A stretch of DNA of 49,895 nt from NCBI GenBank assembly GCA_963754945.1, contig CAVWIG010000033.1:1-49895 (forward strand). Reading direction: 5' to 3'. Both the position numbers and the translations under genes were made by a program. Numbering within the stretch: the stretch's first letter is position 1; every line of letters begins with the position of its first letter. The notes below the pieces were generated by a model. That model ran no database searches, was not told the origin of the DNA, and was given only the letters and a program-made list of their open reading frames with translations. Of this stretch, positions 36,836 to 47,826 are shown piece by piece. Origin of the DNA: Methanotrichaceae archaeon (GTDB lineage: Archaea > Halobacteriota > Methanosarcinia > Methanotrichales > Methanotrichaceae).

Positions 36836-39045
36836 CAACAACTCGAGATCAGTCCCCTGAGTCTACGGTGGATGCGATTGAGCCTGTCCAGCTCAAGGCT
36901 GCAGAAGCCTATCACAGGGATGCTGGAAAGGGGATAGCCAGGCTCGGCCTAGATGCATTGAATCGTCTAGGGGCGAACAACGGCGACGTTTTAGAGATCT
37001 CTGGCAAAGAGATAATATGCGCCGTTGTCTGGCCTGGAAATCCTGAGGACGCGACCGACATAATCAGGATAGATGGAAACACCAGGGCCAACCTAGGAGT
37101 AGGCATAGATTCCTGGGTCCGGGTGACCAGGATCGAAGCAAAGCCCGCCAGGAAGATTGTCCTGGCCCCCACTCGCCAGATAAGGCTCATCGGCGGTCCC
37201 CAGTACATGCTACGTATGCTGGAAGGCCGGCCGGTCGTCAAGGGTGAGCAGATCAGAGTAGAGATGATAAACAACTCCCTATCCCTGGTGGTGGTAAGCA
37301 CTGTGCCCTCAGGCCCAGTTATCATAACCAACGACACCAGCATAAGCATAACAAGGGAGACTCTGGAGGAGCTGCCCCTGCATGTGCGGGAGATCTCCTA
37401 TGAGGACATCGGTGGTCTCTCCAGAGAGATTCGGGATATCAGAGAGATGATCGAGGTGCCCTTGCGTCACCCTGAGCTCTTCGCTAAGCTAGGCATAAAC
37501 CCGCCCAGGGGAGTCCTGCTTCACGGCCCTCCCGGCACAGGCAAGACATTGATCGCCAGGGCGGTGGCCAGCGAGACCGATGCCAATTTCATCTCCATAT
37601 CAGGGCCGGAGGTAGTATCCAAATTCTATGGCGAGTCCGAAGAGCGGCTCCGCCAGATCTTTGAGGAGGCCCAGAAGGCTGCACCGTCCATAATCTTCAT
37701 CGACGAGATCGACTCCATCGCGCCCAAACGCGAGGAGGTCTCAGGCGACATGGAAAGAAGGGTGGTGGCCCAGCTTCTGGCCCTGATGGACGGTCTATCA
37801 TCTAGGGGAGAGCTGATCGTCATTGCCGCTACCAACAGGCCCAATGCTCTGGACCCGGCCATAAGAAGGGGCGGGCGATTCGACCGGGAGATCGAGATAG
37901 GCATCCCCGACAAGAACGGAAGGCTAGAGATTCTATATGTCCACACCAGAGGAATGCCCCTGGATGAAAACCTGGACCTCAAAGAGATCGCCGAGATCAC
38001 TCACGGCTTCGTGGGGGCCGATCTATCATCCCTGTGCAAGGAAGCTGCAATGCGAACGCTGAAGAGGGTGCTGCCTGATCTGGATGTCAAGGAGGACATC
38101 CCTGCGGATGTCTTGGAAAACCTACGGGTAACAAAGGACGACTTCTACACGTCACTGAAGAAGATCGAGCCCAGCGCTCTGCGAGAGGTCTTTGTAGAGG
38201 TCAGCGAGGTGCACTGGCAGGACGTGGGCGGCCTCTATGAGGCCAAACAGGCCCTTACCGAATCTGTGGATTGGCCCCTCAAGTACCCAGAGGCCTTCGA
38301 GTCCACAGGGATTAGGCCGCCCAGAGGAATTCTTCTGTATGGGCCACCCGGAACTGGAAAAACTCTGCTTGTTCGGGCCCTGGCCACGGAGAGCGAGCTG
38401 AACTTCATAAGCATAAAGGGGCCAGAGCTTCTGTCCAAATGGGTTGGCGAGTCGGAGCGTGCAGTCCGGGAGATCTTCAGGAAGGCCAAGCAGGCTTCAC
38501 CGTCCCTGATATTCTTCGACGAACTGGACTCCGTGGTTCCTGCCCGCGGCAGCGGCACAGAGTCCCACGTGACAGAGCGGGTGGTAAGTCAGTTCCTGAC
38601 AGAACTGGATGGTCTGGTGGAGCTCAAGGACGTTGTCGTCCTGGCTGCTACCAACAGGCCCGACTTGGTGGACAGGTCCTTGCTTCGGCCGGGAAGGTTC
38701 GATCGACTAATTTATATTCCCCTGCCGGACATAGCCACCCGGAAAAAGATACTTAAGATTCACCTCTCCAGGATGCCCGTTTCAGAGATTGTCACCGTTG
38801 AATGGCTTGCCGAGATCACTGAGAATTACAGCGGGGCAGACATAGAGAACCTGTGTAGAGAGGCGGGGATGCTGGCCCTGAGAGAGCACATAAAACCTGG
38901 CATGAGCAAAGAAGAGCTCATACTGGATGATATTACGATTAACAAAGACCATTTCGAGAGAGCGTTAGAGCGGATTAAGCCGCACCTTTCCAGAGAGATG
39001 CTGGAAGAGTATACCCAGATGATAAGGGATTTCGAGGTGTTATAG
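36823..39045 (+). CDS. cdc48: CDC48/VAT AAA+ ATPase
   Basis: Two AAA modules, GPPGTGKT twice, FIDEID and FFDELD; N-terminal double-psi barrel. Confidence 0.96.
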   Translation: MEHLTTTRDQSPESTVDAIEPVQLKAAEAYHRDAGKGIARLGLDALNRLGANNGDVLEISGKEIICAVVWPGNPEDATDIIRIDGNTRANLGVGIDSWVRVTRIEAKPARKIVLAPTRQIRLIGGPQYMLRMLEGRPVVKGEQIRVEMINNSLSLVVVSTVPSGPVIITNDTSISITRETLEELPLHVREISYEDIGGLSREIRDIREMIEVPLRHPELFAKLGINPPRGVLLHGPPGTGKTLIARAVASETDANFISISGPEVVSKFYGESEERLRQIFEEAQKAAPSIIFIDEIDSIAPKREEVSGDMERRVVAQLLALMDGLSSRGELIVIAATNRPNALDPAIRRGGRFDREIEIGIPDKNGRLEILYVHTRGMPLDENLDLKEIAEITHGFVGADLSSLCKEAAMRTLKRVLPDLDVKEDIPADVLENLRVTKDDFYTSLKKIEPSALREVFVEVSEVHWQDVGGLYEAKQALTESVDWPLKYPEAFESTGIRPPRGILLYGPPGTGKTLLVRALATESELNFISIKGPELLSKWVGESERAVREIFRKAKQASPSLIFFDELDSVVPARGSGTESHVTERVVSQFLTELDGLVELKDVVVLAATNRPDLVDRSLLRPGRFDRLIYIPLPDIATRKKILKIHLSRMPVSEIVTVEWLAEITENYSGADIENLCREAGMLALREHIKPGMSKEELILDDITINKDHFERALERIKPHLSREMLEEYTQMIRDFEVL

Positions 39046-39064
39046 GGCTTTGATAAAGACGTTG

Positions 39065-41092
39065 ATGAATTTAAAGCCTGATCCAGGGCACCAGATATAT
39101 AGTCCAGAAGGATCAAAAGAAGATGGATTAAAGGAATACGGGTTAAAAGAAAATGGGTCAAAAGAAGTTAAGAAGGCCGGAAGCTTGACAACAGACGATA
39201 CCAAAGAGTTCCTAGGAGATATCGAATTCGAGGACACGAGCAGCATCAAAGTGCCCGATAATCTCATAGACCAGGTGATCGGCCAGGATGAAGCAGTTGA
39301 GGTCATAAAGAAGGCTGCCCACCAGAGGCGCCACGTCATGCTCATCGGCTCCCCGGGAACGGGAAAATCAATGCTAGGAAAGGCCATGAGCGAGCTGCTT
39401 CCGGTAGAGGAGCTGCAGGATGTCCTGGTCTACCACAACCAAGAGGACAACAACGCTCCCCGAGTTCGAGTGGTGCCGGCCGGCAGGGGCAAACAGATAG
39501 TGGATGCCCAGAAGATGGAGGCAAGGAAGAAGATCCAGACCCGGAACATGTTCTTCATGCTCATAGTGATGGGCTTGATAGTCTACGCCTATTACACCGG
39601 CCAGCTACTCTTCGGCGTCATAGCCGCAGCGCTGATCTTCCTATCCATGCGCTACATGATGCCGAAAGAGGACGCTCTGATACCCAAGCTCCTCGTTGAC
39701 AACAACGGAAAGAAGAAGGCTCCCTACATTGATGCCACTGGTGCTCACGCTGGAGCACTCCTGGGTGATGTTCGGCATGATCCGTTCCAGTCCGGCGGAT
39801 TAGAGACGCCTTCTCACGAGAGAGTTGAGTGTGGAGCCATTCACAAGGCCCACAAAGGAGTCTTGTTCATCGACGAGGTCAACACTCTGAGGCTCGAGGC
39901 TCAACAGAGCCTCCTGACTGCGCTTCAGGAAGGTGAGTACCCCATAACCGGCCAGAGTGAACGCAGCTCAGGCGCGCTGGTCAGGACTGAGCCCGTTCCA
40001 TGCAACTTCATCATGATCCTGGCAGGAAACCTGGATGCGGTCCAGGGCATGCATCCAGCCTTGAGGTCACGCATAAAAGGTTACGGCTACGAGATCTACA
40101 TGCGAGACAGCATGGACGACACCCTGGAGAACCGCAATAAACTGATCAGGTTCGTGGCTCAGGAGATCATACGGGATGGAAAGATACCTCACTTCACTCA
40201 CGATGCCGTGGTGGAGATCATCAGGGAGGCCAAGAGGAGAGCGGGCAGGAAAGGCCATCTGACTCTCATGCTTCGTGACCTCGGAGGCCTGATAAGGGTA
40301 GCCGGAGATGTGGCTAGAGCCGAAGGAACGACACTCGCCGATGCCCGACACGTCCTCCAGGCCAAGAAGATGGCGAGGTCAGTGGAGCAGCAGCTTGCCG
40401 ACAGGTACCTTGAGAGGCGCAAGGACTACAGCATGTTCAGGTCTTCCGGAGACGAGATTGGCAGAGTCAACGGGCTGGCAGTCATGGCCGATTCGGGAAT
40501 TGTTCTGCCCATAATGGCAGAGGTCACACCTGCCCAATCCAAGGAAGAGGGCAGGGTCATAGCTACAGGTAGGTTGCAGGAGATCGCCAAAGAGGCGGTC
40601 ACCAACGTCTCCGCCCTGATCAAGAAATTCCAGGGAGACGACATAACCAACAAGGATGTCCACATCCAGTTCATAGGGACCTATGAGGGCGTGGAAGGCG
40701 ACAGCGCCTCTATATCCATAGCCACAGCGGTCATCTCAGCCCTCGAGGGCATACCTGTCAAACAGAATGTGGCAATGACAGGCTCCCTGTCTGTCCGGGG
40801 CGACGTCCTGCCGGTCGGCGGGGTCACCCAGAAGATCGAAGCGGCAGCTCAGGCGGGAATCAAGACCGTCCTGATACCCAAGTCCAACATGGGCGACGTC
40901 CTTTTGGACGACTACTACAAGGACAAGATCGAGATAATCCCCGTCTCTACGATTGGGGAGGTCTTCGAGTACGCCATGGGCGGCCAGAAGACCAAACTGA
41001 TAGAGAAGCTCAAGAAGTTCGCTTCGGAGAAGAAGATAGGCATCAGCCTCCCTGAGCCTATCGTTCCTCCATTGCCATCCCGGAGCCTGTAA
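39065..41092 (+). CDS. lonB: Archaeal membrane-bound Lon protease
   Basis: GSPGTGKS, TM insert, FIDEVN, EGDSAS catalytic Ser, PVGGVTQK; start uncertain (39050, 39065 or 39185). Confidence 0.95.
   Translation: MNLKPDPGHQIYSPEGSKEDGLKEYGLKENGSKEVKKAGSLTTDDTKEFLGDIEFEDTSSIKVPDNLIDQVIGQDEAVEVIKKAAHQRRHVMLIGSPGTGKSMLGKAMSELLPVEELQDVLVYHNQEDNNAPRVRVVPAGRGKQIVDAQKMEARKKIQTRNMFFMLIVMGLIVYAYYTGQLLFGVIAAALIFLSMRYMMPKEDALIPKLLVDNNGKKKAPYIDATGAHAGALLGDVRHDPFQSGGLETPSHERVECGAIHKAHKGVLFIDEVNTLRLEAQQSLLTALQEGEYPITGQSERSSGALVRTEPVPCNFIMILAGNLDAVQGMHPALRSRIKGYGYEIYMRDSMDDTLENRNKLIRFVAQEIIRDGKIPHFTHDAVVEIIREAKRRAGRKGHLTLMLRDLGGLIRVAGDVARAEGTTLADARHVLQAKKMARSVEQQLADRYLERRKDYSMFRSSGDEIGRVNGLAVMADSGIVLPIMAEVTPAQSKEEGRVIATGRLQEIAKEAVTNVSALIKKFQGDDITNKDVHIQFIGTYEGVEGDSASISIATAVISALEGIPVKQNVAMTGSLSVRGDVLPVGGVTQKIEAAAQAGIKTVLIPKSNMGDVLLDDYYKDKIEIIPVSTIGEVFEYAMGGQKTKLIEKLKKFASEKKIGISLPEPIVPPLPSRSL
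39110..39169 (+). repeat. 4 x 15-bp tandem repeat at the lonB 5' end
   Basis: GGATCAAAAGAAGAT GGATTAAAGGAATAC GGGTTAAAAGAAAAT GGGTCAAAAGAAGTT, encoding G(S/L)KEx. Confidence 0.8.
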
Positions 41093-41096
41093 TGCG

Positions 41097-42413
41097 ATGC
41101 CGGAATTCTATGACATTCGCATCCTGAAGGGCAGCCGAACCCGGATCGTCTTAGACAATGGCAAATTGGAAGAGATCTCCGAGGCCCCCTTCCAGGGGGC
41201 TGCGGTTCGGGCTCTGTCTGGGGGGGCCTGGGGCTTTGTAACCACCGACGCAGTTGAAGGACTGGAGGACAAGATCGAGCTGGCCAAGAGGATCGCCAGG
41301 AAAATCGATCGTCATGAGGACCTGAGACTTGCGGAGGCTCCAGCAGGCAAGAGCGTCATCGTTCCTGTAAAGAAGAATCCCCGGGACCTGTCTCTGGAAG
41401 AAAAGGTTGAGCTTCTTAAAGAGATCGAGAACGCGGCCAAGGTCCCGGGCATCTCGTCAACCCAGGCTGTTTACTCTGAAGTCGAGCTGACCACCGACTA
41501 CCAGAGCTCGGAAGGTCTGGACCTGGAGTCGAAGATGACCAGAATGGCTTTTTTCATAAGCGCTATTGCCAGCAGGAACGGCCTGATCCAGGGAAGCGGT
41601 GAGGGACGCTCAGGCATAGGCGGATTGGAGATCTTCGACAAGGAGAACCCGGTTGAGCTCGCCAGATCAGTCGGTAAGACGGCTGTTTCCCTTCTGGATG
41701 CCACTGTGCCCAAAGGTGGATCATTCCCCGTTATCCTCGACCAGGAACTGGCCGGGGTCTTCGTCCATGAGGCAGTCGGCCACGCCACAGAGGCTGATAT
41801 AATCTTGGAGGGCGGCTCATGCTTGGATGGCAAGCTGGGCCAGCAGATCGGCTCGCCGATGGTCACCGTCAAGGACGATCCTAGCATGATGCAAAACGGC
41901 TACTACCCCTTCGACGACGAGGGCAGTGTTTCCCAGGAGACAGTTCTTGTCAAGAACGGCGTCTTGAACTCCTACCTGCACAGCCGCGAAACCGCAGGCC
42001 GGATGGGCGGCGTGCCAAGGAACGCAAGGGCTCAGGGAATCGACAGGCCAGTGGTTCGCATGTCAAACACTTACATCGCCAACGGCGACAGGAAGGTTGA
42101 GGAAATCTTCGAGGAGCTTGGCGACGGCGTGTACCTGATGGGCAGCCGAGGCGGCCAGGTCAACACTGCTGAGGGCGTGTTCCAGTTCAACGCCAAGCGC
42201 GGCTACCTTGTGGAGAAGGGCGAGAGGACCTTGCTGCTCAGGGACGTTTCGCTGACCGGAAAGATCCTGGAGATAATGAAGGACATCCGGGCGGTGGGCA
42301 ACGACCTGAAGTTCAACAGCGGCCGCTGCGGAAAGGCCGGGCAGCTCGTGCCGGTAAGCGACGGATCGCCGCATCTGCTGATCGAGAAGGCGACGGTGGG
42401 CGGGGCGGGGTAG
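41097..42413 (+). CDS. tldD: TldD/PmbA family metalloprotease
   Basis: HEAVGHATEAD, FDDEG, RMSNTY, CGKAGQLVPVSDGSP. Confidence 0.93.
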   Translation: MPEFYDIRILKGSRTRIVLDNGKLEEISEAPFQGAAVRALSGGAWGFVTTDAVEGLEDKIELAKRIARKIDRHEDLRLAEAPAGKSVIVPVKKNPRDLSLEEKVELLKEIENAAKVPGISSTQAVYSEVELTTDYQSSEGLDLESKMTRMAFFISAIASRNGLIQGSGEGRSGIGGLEIFDKENPVELARSVGKTAVSLLDATVPKGGSFPVILDQELAGVFVHEAVGHATEADIILEGGSCLDGKLGQQIGSPMVTVKDDPSMMQNGYYPFDDEGSVSQETVLVKNGVLNSYLHSRETAGRMGGVPRNARAQGIDRPVVRMSNTYIANGDRKVEEIFEELGDGVYLMGSRGGQVNTAEGVFQFNAKRGYLVEKGERTLLLRDVSLTGKILEIMKDIRAVGNDLKFNSGRCGKAGQLVPVSDGSPHLLIEKATVGGAG

Positions 42414-42700
42414 AGGTTGCAATTGGGCTCATTTTTTTTAATACTTAAGATCAATGTAATGGGTGGCAACTCCTTCATACGCTCCGTGAAGCGGTTCTGT
42501 TGTAAACCCAGGTGATGCATGTATGGTGTTGTAGTCATGGTGGTCGCGATTGAGAAAGTCAAAATTGAGTGTTACGAAAACTATGATACATGATTTTAAT
42601 ATTTTATAAGTAAACCCTAACAGTTCAACAGAAATGTTGTGGGAATTACCTTCGCTTCCCTCTAAGAACATATATATACTACAAAACCTTTCGTGTTATA

Positions 42701-43204
42701 ATGGAGGCCACAATGGACAAGAAATTAGTAGAGTTAAAGGCTTTTGTCAAGTTCTTGAAAACCGATTGTGGCTTTGACTTCGACATTAATAGCTTTAATC
42801 ATAGGCTTATGCTCCAAAAATATGTGCTTATAGCTAAATCGGTGGGTTGGGACAACGATTATCTTTATAATATGTATATCCGAGGTCCCTATTCGTCAGA
42901 GTTAGCGGATGATTATTACCGTCTTCAAAATGTTCAAATATCCGATTCAGATTATACAGATACTTTACAAACCTTTGATAAAGAGGCGTTTAAAACAATT
43001 ATATATAATAAAAACATTAAATGGCTTGAGGTTGGGGCTACACTGCTATCGTTATACAAAAATAATAAGGCTAAGAAAGCTCGCGGCGAGTTGATACGAT
43101 TTGTGATAAAGAGGGCCACGGAGATAAAAAGCAATTACGACCCGAAATTTATCATAGACGTCTTTTATGAGCTAGGACAATATGGTTTATTAAGAGACAA
43201 TTAG
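42701..43204 (+). CDS. SocA/Panacea (DUF4065)/YwgA-like putative antitoxin
   Basis: LQKYVLIA...YNMYIRGPYSSELADDY; LEVGATL. Confidence 0.65.
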   Translation: MEATMDKKLVELKAFVKFLKTDCGFDFDINSFNHRLMLQKYVLIAKSVGWDNDYLYNMYIRGPYSSELADDYYRLQNVQISDSDYTDTLQTFDKEAFKTIIYNKNIKWLEVGATLLSLYKNNKAKKARGELIRFVIKRATEIKSNYDPKFIIDVFYELGQYGLLRDN

Positions 43205-43210
43205 TCTATA

Positions 43211-43728
43211 ATGACCATGCCTGATCCGACCGAAAATGAACAGCATATATACATGGATTCCTATTATATTCAAGCTTATTTAATCAAGCGTCGCAGCGAA
43301 GAAGCCCATGCAAAAAAACAAGTCAAGCGTGCAATAGAATTGGCCCATAATAATGGAGAAATATTTGTCATATTCCCTTTTATGTAATAGCCGAATTAAT
43401 AAACAACTTGAATCGAAAAATCACCGACCGGACCAGCAAAGAGCGGGCATTCAACGATTTCATAAAACTGTTAGCTGACAATAAGATAGACCTTAAACCA
43501 ATGAATGAACATGCTTTAAGATTAGCATCAGATCTTAAAGAGAACGACAAAGATCTAGATGTCACAGACATTTTAATCGCTTCTCAAGCATTAGATGATA
43601 AATATTCAACACATTTGTTAACAAATGATGGACCAGTTCTCGAATCTGATTTTATAGCAAAAGTCAATAATGAACGATTTAAAAGCAATGATAGAAATCG
43701 AATATTGAAAATATCCGAATCTATTTGA
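43211..43728 (+). pseudogene. PIN-domain toxin with a 1-nt frameshift near 43380
   Basis: Frame 1: IYMDSYY...IFPF; frame -1 continues YVIAELINN...LDVTDILIASQA...LLTNDG. Confidence 0.75.
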
Positions 43729-43799
43729 TTGTTATATGCTTCTTTTCAACAACTCGTTCCACTTATTTTTTTGCTGAACCCCAACTTTTTCTGCCTCAA

Positions 43800-44260
43800 C
43801 GAGTGTTCTGCCTTTAAGTCCCTGATGTGGCCTAACGAGCTGGAATCTGGTTCGCTAATCCATCACATTCCAAAGCCATCTCCACTCGCCTCATATCTTA
43901 ACTTCATTCGTCTGTATGCCAAACGTTTTGCCCAAATCAGGTTCTAGCGAAGCTACATAGGCTTCAATGATGTCAGTGTATCTCGAAATCCAACGGTAGA
44001 CGGTGCTATGGTTTACATTCAATGCGTTGAGGTGCTTGAGATGGTCTGAGATCTTACGCAAAGATACACCCTTGAAGTACAAATCAATAGTGGTAGCAGC
44101 TACGCGCGGATCATACCAAACCCCTCAAATCCTTGGTTTGATACAAACTTTCTCGCGCATGATCCACACTTATAGACTTGCCTGCTATTGTCTTACCGTA
44201 CTCGATAATTTTAAGCGAATCGCAACATTTGCAAGATATACCAGCATTGGGAAACGATTT
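43800..44260 (-). pseudogene. IS6-family transposase remnant (boundaries approximate)
   Basis: YFKGVSLRKI...HSTVYRWI, then broken WHTDE/VKI*GEWRWLWNVMD*RTRF. Confidence 0.75.
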
Positions 44261-44672
44261 CGATATAAATTCCTTCTTATGATTTTCTTCTAGCTTCCTG
44301 GAGAGCTTTGCTACAATGTTACGGCATGAATATGCTTACGAGTTACATGTCTAAACTGATAATCAGGGCATGTGCATATCCAGGAGTTCACATAGCACGT
44401 TACTATATAAATTAAATCTTTGCTTTGGGCTGGAATCTCGAAACTATTATGAGGCAGTCAATTGCTTGGGCTCAATGCCTTTCTCAATCATCTGAGCGCC
44501 ACGAAGGATTCGCTTGCTATATTCTTGATTGAAATTCCTCATTATAAGGCATCTGTCTTGCAAATCTTTAACATATCTTAACTATATACAACTACGTTCT
44601 AATGCGCTATGAGGGTTTTGGTACCATGAAAAGTATTTTATATACTATTGGCGTAGTTGTAATACGTTGTAT

Positions 44673-44843
44673 ATGGAACACATTCATACCGCAACGGTCA
44701 AAGTAATAAAAGACGGTCGAGTAACTATACCCCTAGGGATAAGAGAGCTTGAAGATATCCACGAAGGTGATTATCTTAGAATAACTATCGAAAAGATGGA
44801 GAGGCATGGTCAGGTAAAAGATCTAAGTTATGTGCATCGATAA
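44673..44843 (+). CDS. AbrB/MazE/SpoVT-family DNA-binding protein (56 aa)
   Basis: MEHIHTATVKVIKDGRVTIPLGIRELEDIHEGDYLRITIEK; upstream inverted repeat TACAACTACG (44587-44596) / CGTAGTTGTA (44652-44661). Confidence 0.85.
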   Translation: MEHIHTATVKVIKDGRVTIPLGIRELEDIHEGDYLRITIEKMERHGQVKDLSYVHR

Positions 44844-44881
44844 CCTTACTACTTGCACTAAGGTATTAATACAAACCAATC

Positions 44882-44905
44882 CGTGAACGTTCATGAACGT
44901 TCACG
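44882..44905. promoter_or_regulatory. Perfect 24-bp palindrome, probable operator
   Basis: CGTGAACGTTCATGAACGTTCACG, two abutting TGAACGTTCA palindromes, between a TATTAATA box and the ATG at 44919. Confidence 0.75.
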
Positions 44906-44918
44906 AAGGGAGGGCAAG

Positions 44919-45845
44919 ATGACAGAAGTCTCTGAAACAAGCCGTATGGCAGAAAAATTAGATAACAAAATATCGGATCACGAAAACATAGCAAGAATTA
45001 TAAAAGAGAAGGGTCCAATTACCCAAATGGAAATAAAAGAAGCTACTTCGTTCTCAAAAGGTTTCATTAGCCAAGCGATTAAGACTCTCAGAGATGAAGG
45101 CTTAATTTATTTAATGAAGGAAAAACGCGGGAAAAAAAATCAGTATAAATGGGTGGGTGGAGTCCCTGCATTAGAAGATGAATTACAATCCGCAACTAGC
45201 AAATATATCCCGGCCTCGTTATTAGCTGAGAACTACGATACAATGATCACAGAAGCATTCTCTTTAGTTTCTTTGCTCTTCGAAGGTGATTATTGGGAAG
45301 TAATAATGAACCTTAAAGAAGGGTTAACGGATACTGAATTGCATCAGCATTTAGGAAATGACATATCGTTAGATAGTATTAGACGAGTTCTCGTTACTTC
45401 TGATGCCCATAATCTCATCAAATTAAAAAGGATTAGAGAGGTTTCCGGAAATGATCAAATAAAAATATTCGAACCCTTGTATAGGATAGATGAAATTAAT
45501 AGAGATTACCTAATGTATATGATTTTGTTGAGAGGATTGGCTTCAGCAATACAAATTAAAATGGAAAATAAGGCAGAGCCCGGGTTCTCGAATTTATACG
45601 GTGAAATGCTTGATAGGAGCATAGAACATTTTATATGGTTACGAAATAAAATTTTAAGCGGTTCAATAGGTGATGAATCGGAATTATTAACAAGATTATT
45701 ACAAAATTATGATTTTGCACCCGATCTTGACAGAATATATAGAGATAATGGTAATTGGAGATTAAAAATAACTGAAAGCAAAAATTTAAAAATTGACTCA
45801 AACGATCATCTTGTAGTTGTGGATAGTTTTATAAGGAAACAGTAA
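44919..45845 (+). CDS. Protein with at least two winged-helix domains
   Basis: GPITQMEIKEATSFSKGFISQAIKTLRDEGLI and GLTDTELH...SLDSIRRVL...HNLIK. Confidence 0.7.
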   Translation: MTEVSETSRMAEKLDNKISDHENIARIIKEKGPITQMEIKEATSFSKGFISQAIKTLRDEGLIYLMKEKRGKKNQYKWVGGVPALEDELQSATSKYIPASLLAENYDTMITEAFSLVSLLFEGDYWEVIMNLKEGLTDTELHQHLGNDISLDSIRRVLVTSDAHNLIKLKRIREVSGNDQIKIFEPLYRIDEINRDYLMYMILLRGLASAIQIKMENKAEPGFSNLYGEMLDRSIEHFIWLRNKILSGSIGDESELLTRLLQNYDFAPDLDRIYRDNGNWRLKITESKNLKIDSNDHLVVVDSFIRKQ

Positions 45846-46020
45846 AATTAAGACAGGATCGAGGAAACGGGACATGGTAAGTAAAAAATTGCCGAAATTT
45901 GTTGAAACTTATCGAAGACATCCTCTTGTTGATCTTGTTGAAAAAACTCATCACAATGATCTCGCAGAGCTGGATACAGAAAAAATAAACGGCATCATTC
46001 AAGCGGAGGATTTGATTTAT

Positions 46021-46299
46021 CCCACATTCCGCACTTTGACTTTCAAATCGAGTAATTCCATTGCTAGCGATTTTTGAATATAACTATAATTTTTATTATT
46101 TATATCTATCGATATTTAGTGCTGAACATCCTCACATTTTCGGCCAAAGGAATTCTGACAACATATGTCTGATTAAAAAATCAACGGAATGAAAAATACT
46201 AAAATTGAAAATTCTTAATAAATTTAAATAATTATATCAAACTAACTAAATCGATAGCTGCAAAAATATGAATTGGTGACTCGAAGTGCGGAATGTGGG
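46021..46299. mobile_element. 279-bp MITE (IS1634-like ends)
   Basis: Perfect 16-bp TIR CCCACATTCCGCACTT; 6-bp TSD ATTTAT at 46015-46020 and 46300-46305; AT-rich non-coding interior. Confidence 0.92.
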
Positions 46300-47052
46300 A
46301 TTTATAGAGGGCTAAGAGAATGATAGAGAAAAGAAATTGCATACCGGACATTTCGGATCGAGCGTGCGAATCGCCAGAGCTTGGTCATTTATAGATATGG
46401 CATACCCTTCTTGTGATATTGGGGATTTGCTAGATAATGTCTATAAAGTAACTCAGTCAAGTGATAAGAAACAATATCTCGACCATATGAAAAAGATTAT
46501 ACTAAAATTAGTAAAACATAATTTGATAAAGATAAATCAGAAACAAAATATAATAACCGATGTAATGCCGTATCCTGTAAGCAGTAAGTTATATGTTAAA
46601 AAAGAATTCTTAGATATAACTAAATTATATGAACAGCAAATAAATCAATTTACAATATTAAATAAGGTTCAATATTGCCCATTACTTAAGAAAGACCTCG
46701 AAAATGCCGCGGATATGCGACAAACCTTTGCAAGAGACTATGATGCATTAAGTGAAATAGACGTAATAAGAACAAGAAGCATTAGAGATAGGCCATTCAC
46801 GCTGTCAAAGGCATACCTAATTGGAGAGAATTCATTAGAGGCCTGGGAAAAAATATTAGATATGGAAGATAGAACTCGGAGCAGCCTCAAAGAATTACTA
46901 GATATACAGGGCAAATTGGGGGGGTGTATATCAAAAAGCGAAATTTCTCGATTAACTATGTCAATGGCGGCGTAAAATTGTCCAATTATGGCGGGATAAA
47001 ATTGACCACCTATCTTAAAAACCTTCTCCATGTATGGACATTTTTCCCCAGT

Positions 47053-47826
47053 TCATCTTGAGAAATTCTGAGGGATCAATCCCTGTCTCTTTCGTTCTTT
47101 GATGCGATAGCTGTCTCCTTTTATGTTAATCGTGGTGCAATGATGCAGAACCCTATCGAGAATAGCCGCCGCGATAACGTGATCCTTGAAGATATCTCCC
47201 CATTCGCCATAGGATTTATTGGAAGTGAAAATGATAGAAGCTTTCTCGTATCGCCTGGAGATCAGCTGGAAGAAACAGTGCGCTTCCAGCTCGTCAAACG
47301 GCAGATAACCGATCTCATCTATGATCAGAAGCTGAAACTTCGATAGCCCTCGGATCTTTTCCTCTAATTTCTTTTCTTTTTCCGCTTTTGCAAGACGTTC
47401 AACCAGGATAGATGCATTAATAAAATTCACTCTGAATCCAGCTTTGGCAGCCTCGATTCCCAAAGCGATAGCAAGATGGGTTTTTCCCACTCCTGGCGGC
47501 CCCAAGAATACAACATTCTCAGCGTTATGGATAAACTTTAGAGAGGCTATCTCTTTGATCGATGCCTTATCGATAGAAGGTTGAAACTTGAAATCGAAAT
47601 CATCAAGCCTCTTTTCCACGGGAAATCCTGCCAGCCTCATCCTTAGATCGAGGGACCGAGTCTCTTTGCTTTGAACCTCCTGTGCGATCAGATAATCCAG
47701 GATCTCGATGGTGGATCTTTCGTCTTTGGCAGCAATTTCCAGATAATTGTCCAGAATTGACTCGAATGTAATGAGATCCAGAAGCAACAGATTATGGTGA
47801 AGACGCTCGTATTCCAGCTGACTCAT
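47053..47826 (-). CDS. istB: IS21 helper ATPase IstB
   Basis: GPPGVGKTHLA, IIDEIGY, TSN, AAILDRVLHH, GDSYR. Confidence 0.96.
   Translation of the reverse strand: MSQLEYERLHHNLLLLDLITFESILDNYLEIAAKDERSTIEILDYLIAQEVQSKETRSLDLRMRLAGFPVEKRLDDFDFKFQPSIDKASIKEIASLKFIHNAENVVFLGPPGVGKTHLAIALGIEAAKAGFRVNFINASILVERLAKAEKEKKLEEKIRGLSKFQLLIIDEIGYLPFDELEAHCFFQLISRRYEKASIIFTSNKSYGEWGDIFKDHVIAAAILDRVLHHCTTINIKGDSYRIKERKRQGLIPQNFSR

Noticed and set aside
44607-44618. CTATGAGGGTTT resembling the IS5 end
   Set aside because: 12-bp match only, with no partner end or IS5 sequence
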